NCBI RefSeq assembly: GCF_001194135.2
Contig: NC_068983.1
Coordinates: 108,943,053-109,007,052, forward strand
Origin: Octopus bimaculoides
Taxonomy: Eukaryota
Direction of reading: 5' to 3'
Length of the DNA: 64,000 nucleotides
A program made the position numbers and the translations under genes. Shown piece after piece: positions 63,945 through 64,000 of this stretch. Numbering within the stretch: position 1 is the stretch's first letter; each line of letters begins with the position of its first letter. Below the pieces are notes generated by a model that worked only from the letters and a program-made list of their open reading frames with translations, was not told the DNA's origin and did no database searches.

Positions 63945-64000
63945 ATATATTACTGCTCTAATGATTTAGAGTGTGCTTCTGTTTTAGATATGTGAACTGC

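Overview
AT-rich eukaryotic genomic DNA, not prokaryotic. It contains many N gaps, mostly abutting microsatellites or simple repeats, and is dense in (TA)n, (CA)n, (GA)n and (AAT)n tracts. The repeat repertoire resembles an Octopus (coleoid cephalopod) draft assembly; this is inference from recalled repeat families, not a database result. Most of the window is intronic or intergenic repeat: at least three tRNA-derived SINE families, many 5'-truncated or decayed RTE-clade LINE pieces, Penelope-like (GIY-YIG) remnants, an R4/Dong-like 3' end, a full-length decayed mariner and a maT/DD37D-like element. Host-gene signal is limited to a CpG-rich promoter with first-exon donor on + (~56150-56317) and three phase-compatible candidate exons on - (19074-19007, 17033-16747, 10863-10851) with no recognisable homologue. 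Nearly all ORF-track entries are microsatellite or N-gap artefacts. Most interesting: (1) a minimal hammerhead ribozyme with a fully canonical core (38047-38120, -); (2) perfect fold-back inverted duplications at the apparent 5' ends of truncated RTE insertions (43427-43524, 33301-33375), suggesting retrotransposition that creates perfect dsRNA hairpins; (3) a tRNA-like unit inside a direct-repeat-flanked insert (60478-60775); (4) a near-perfect inverted repeat pair bracketing a splice donor (33735-34252).
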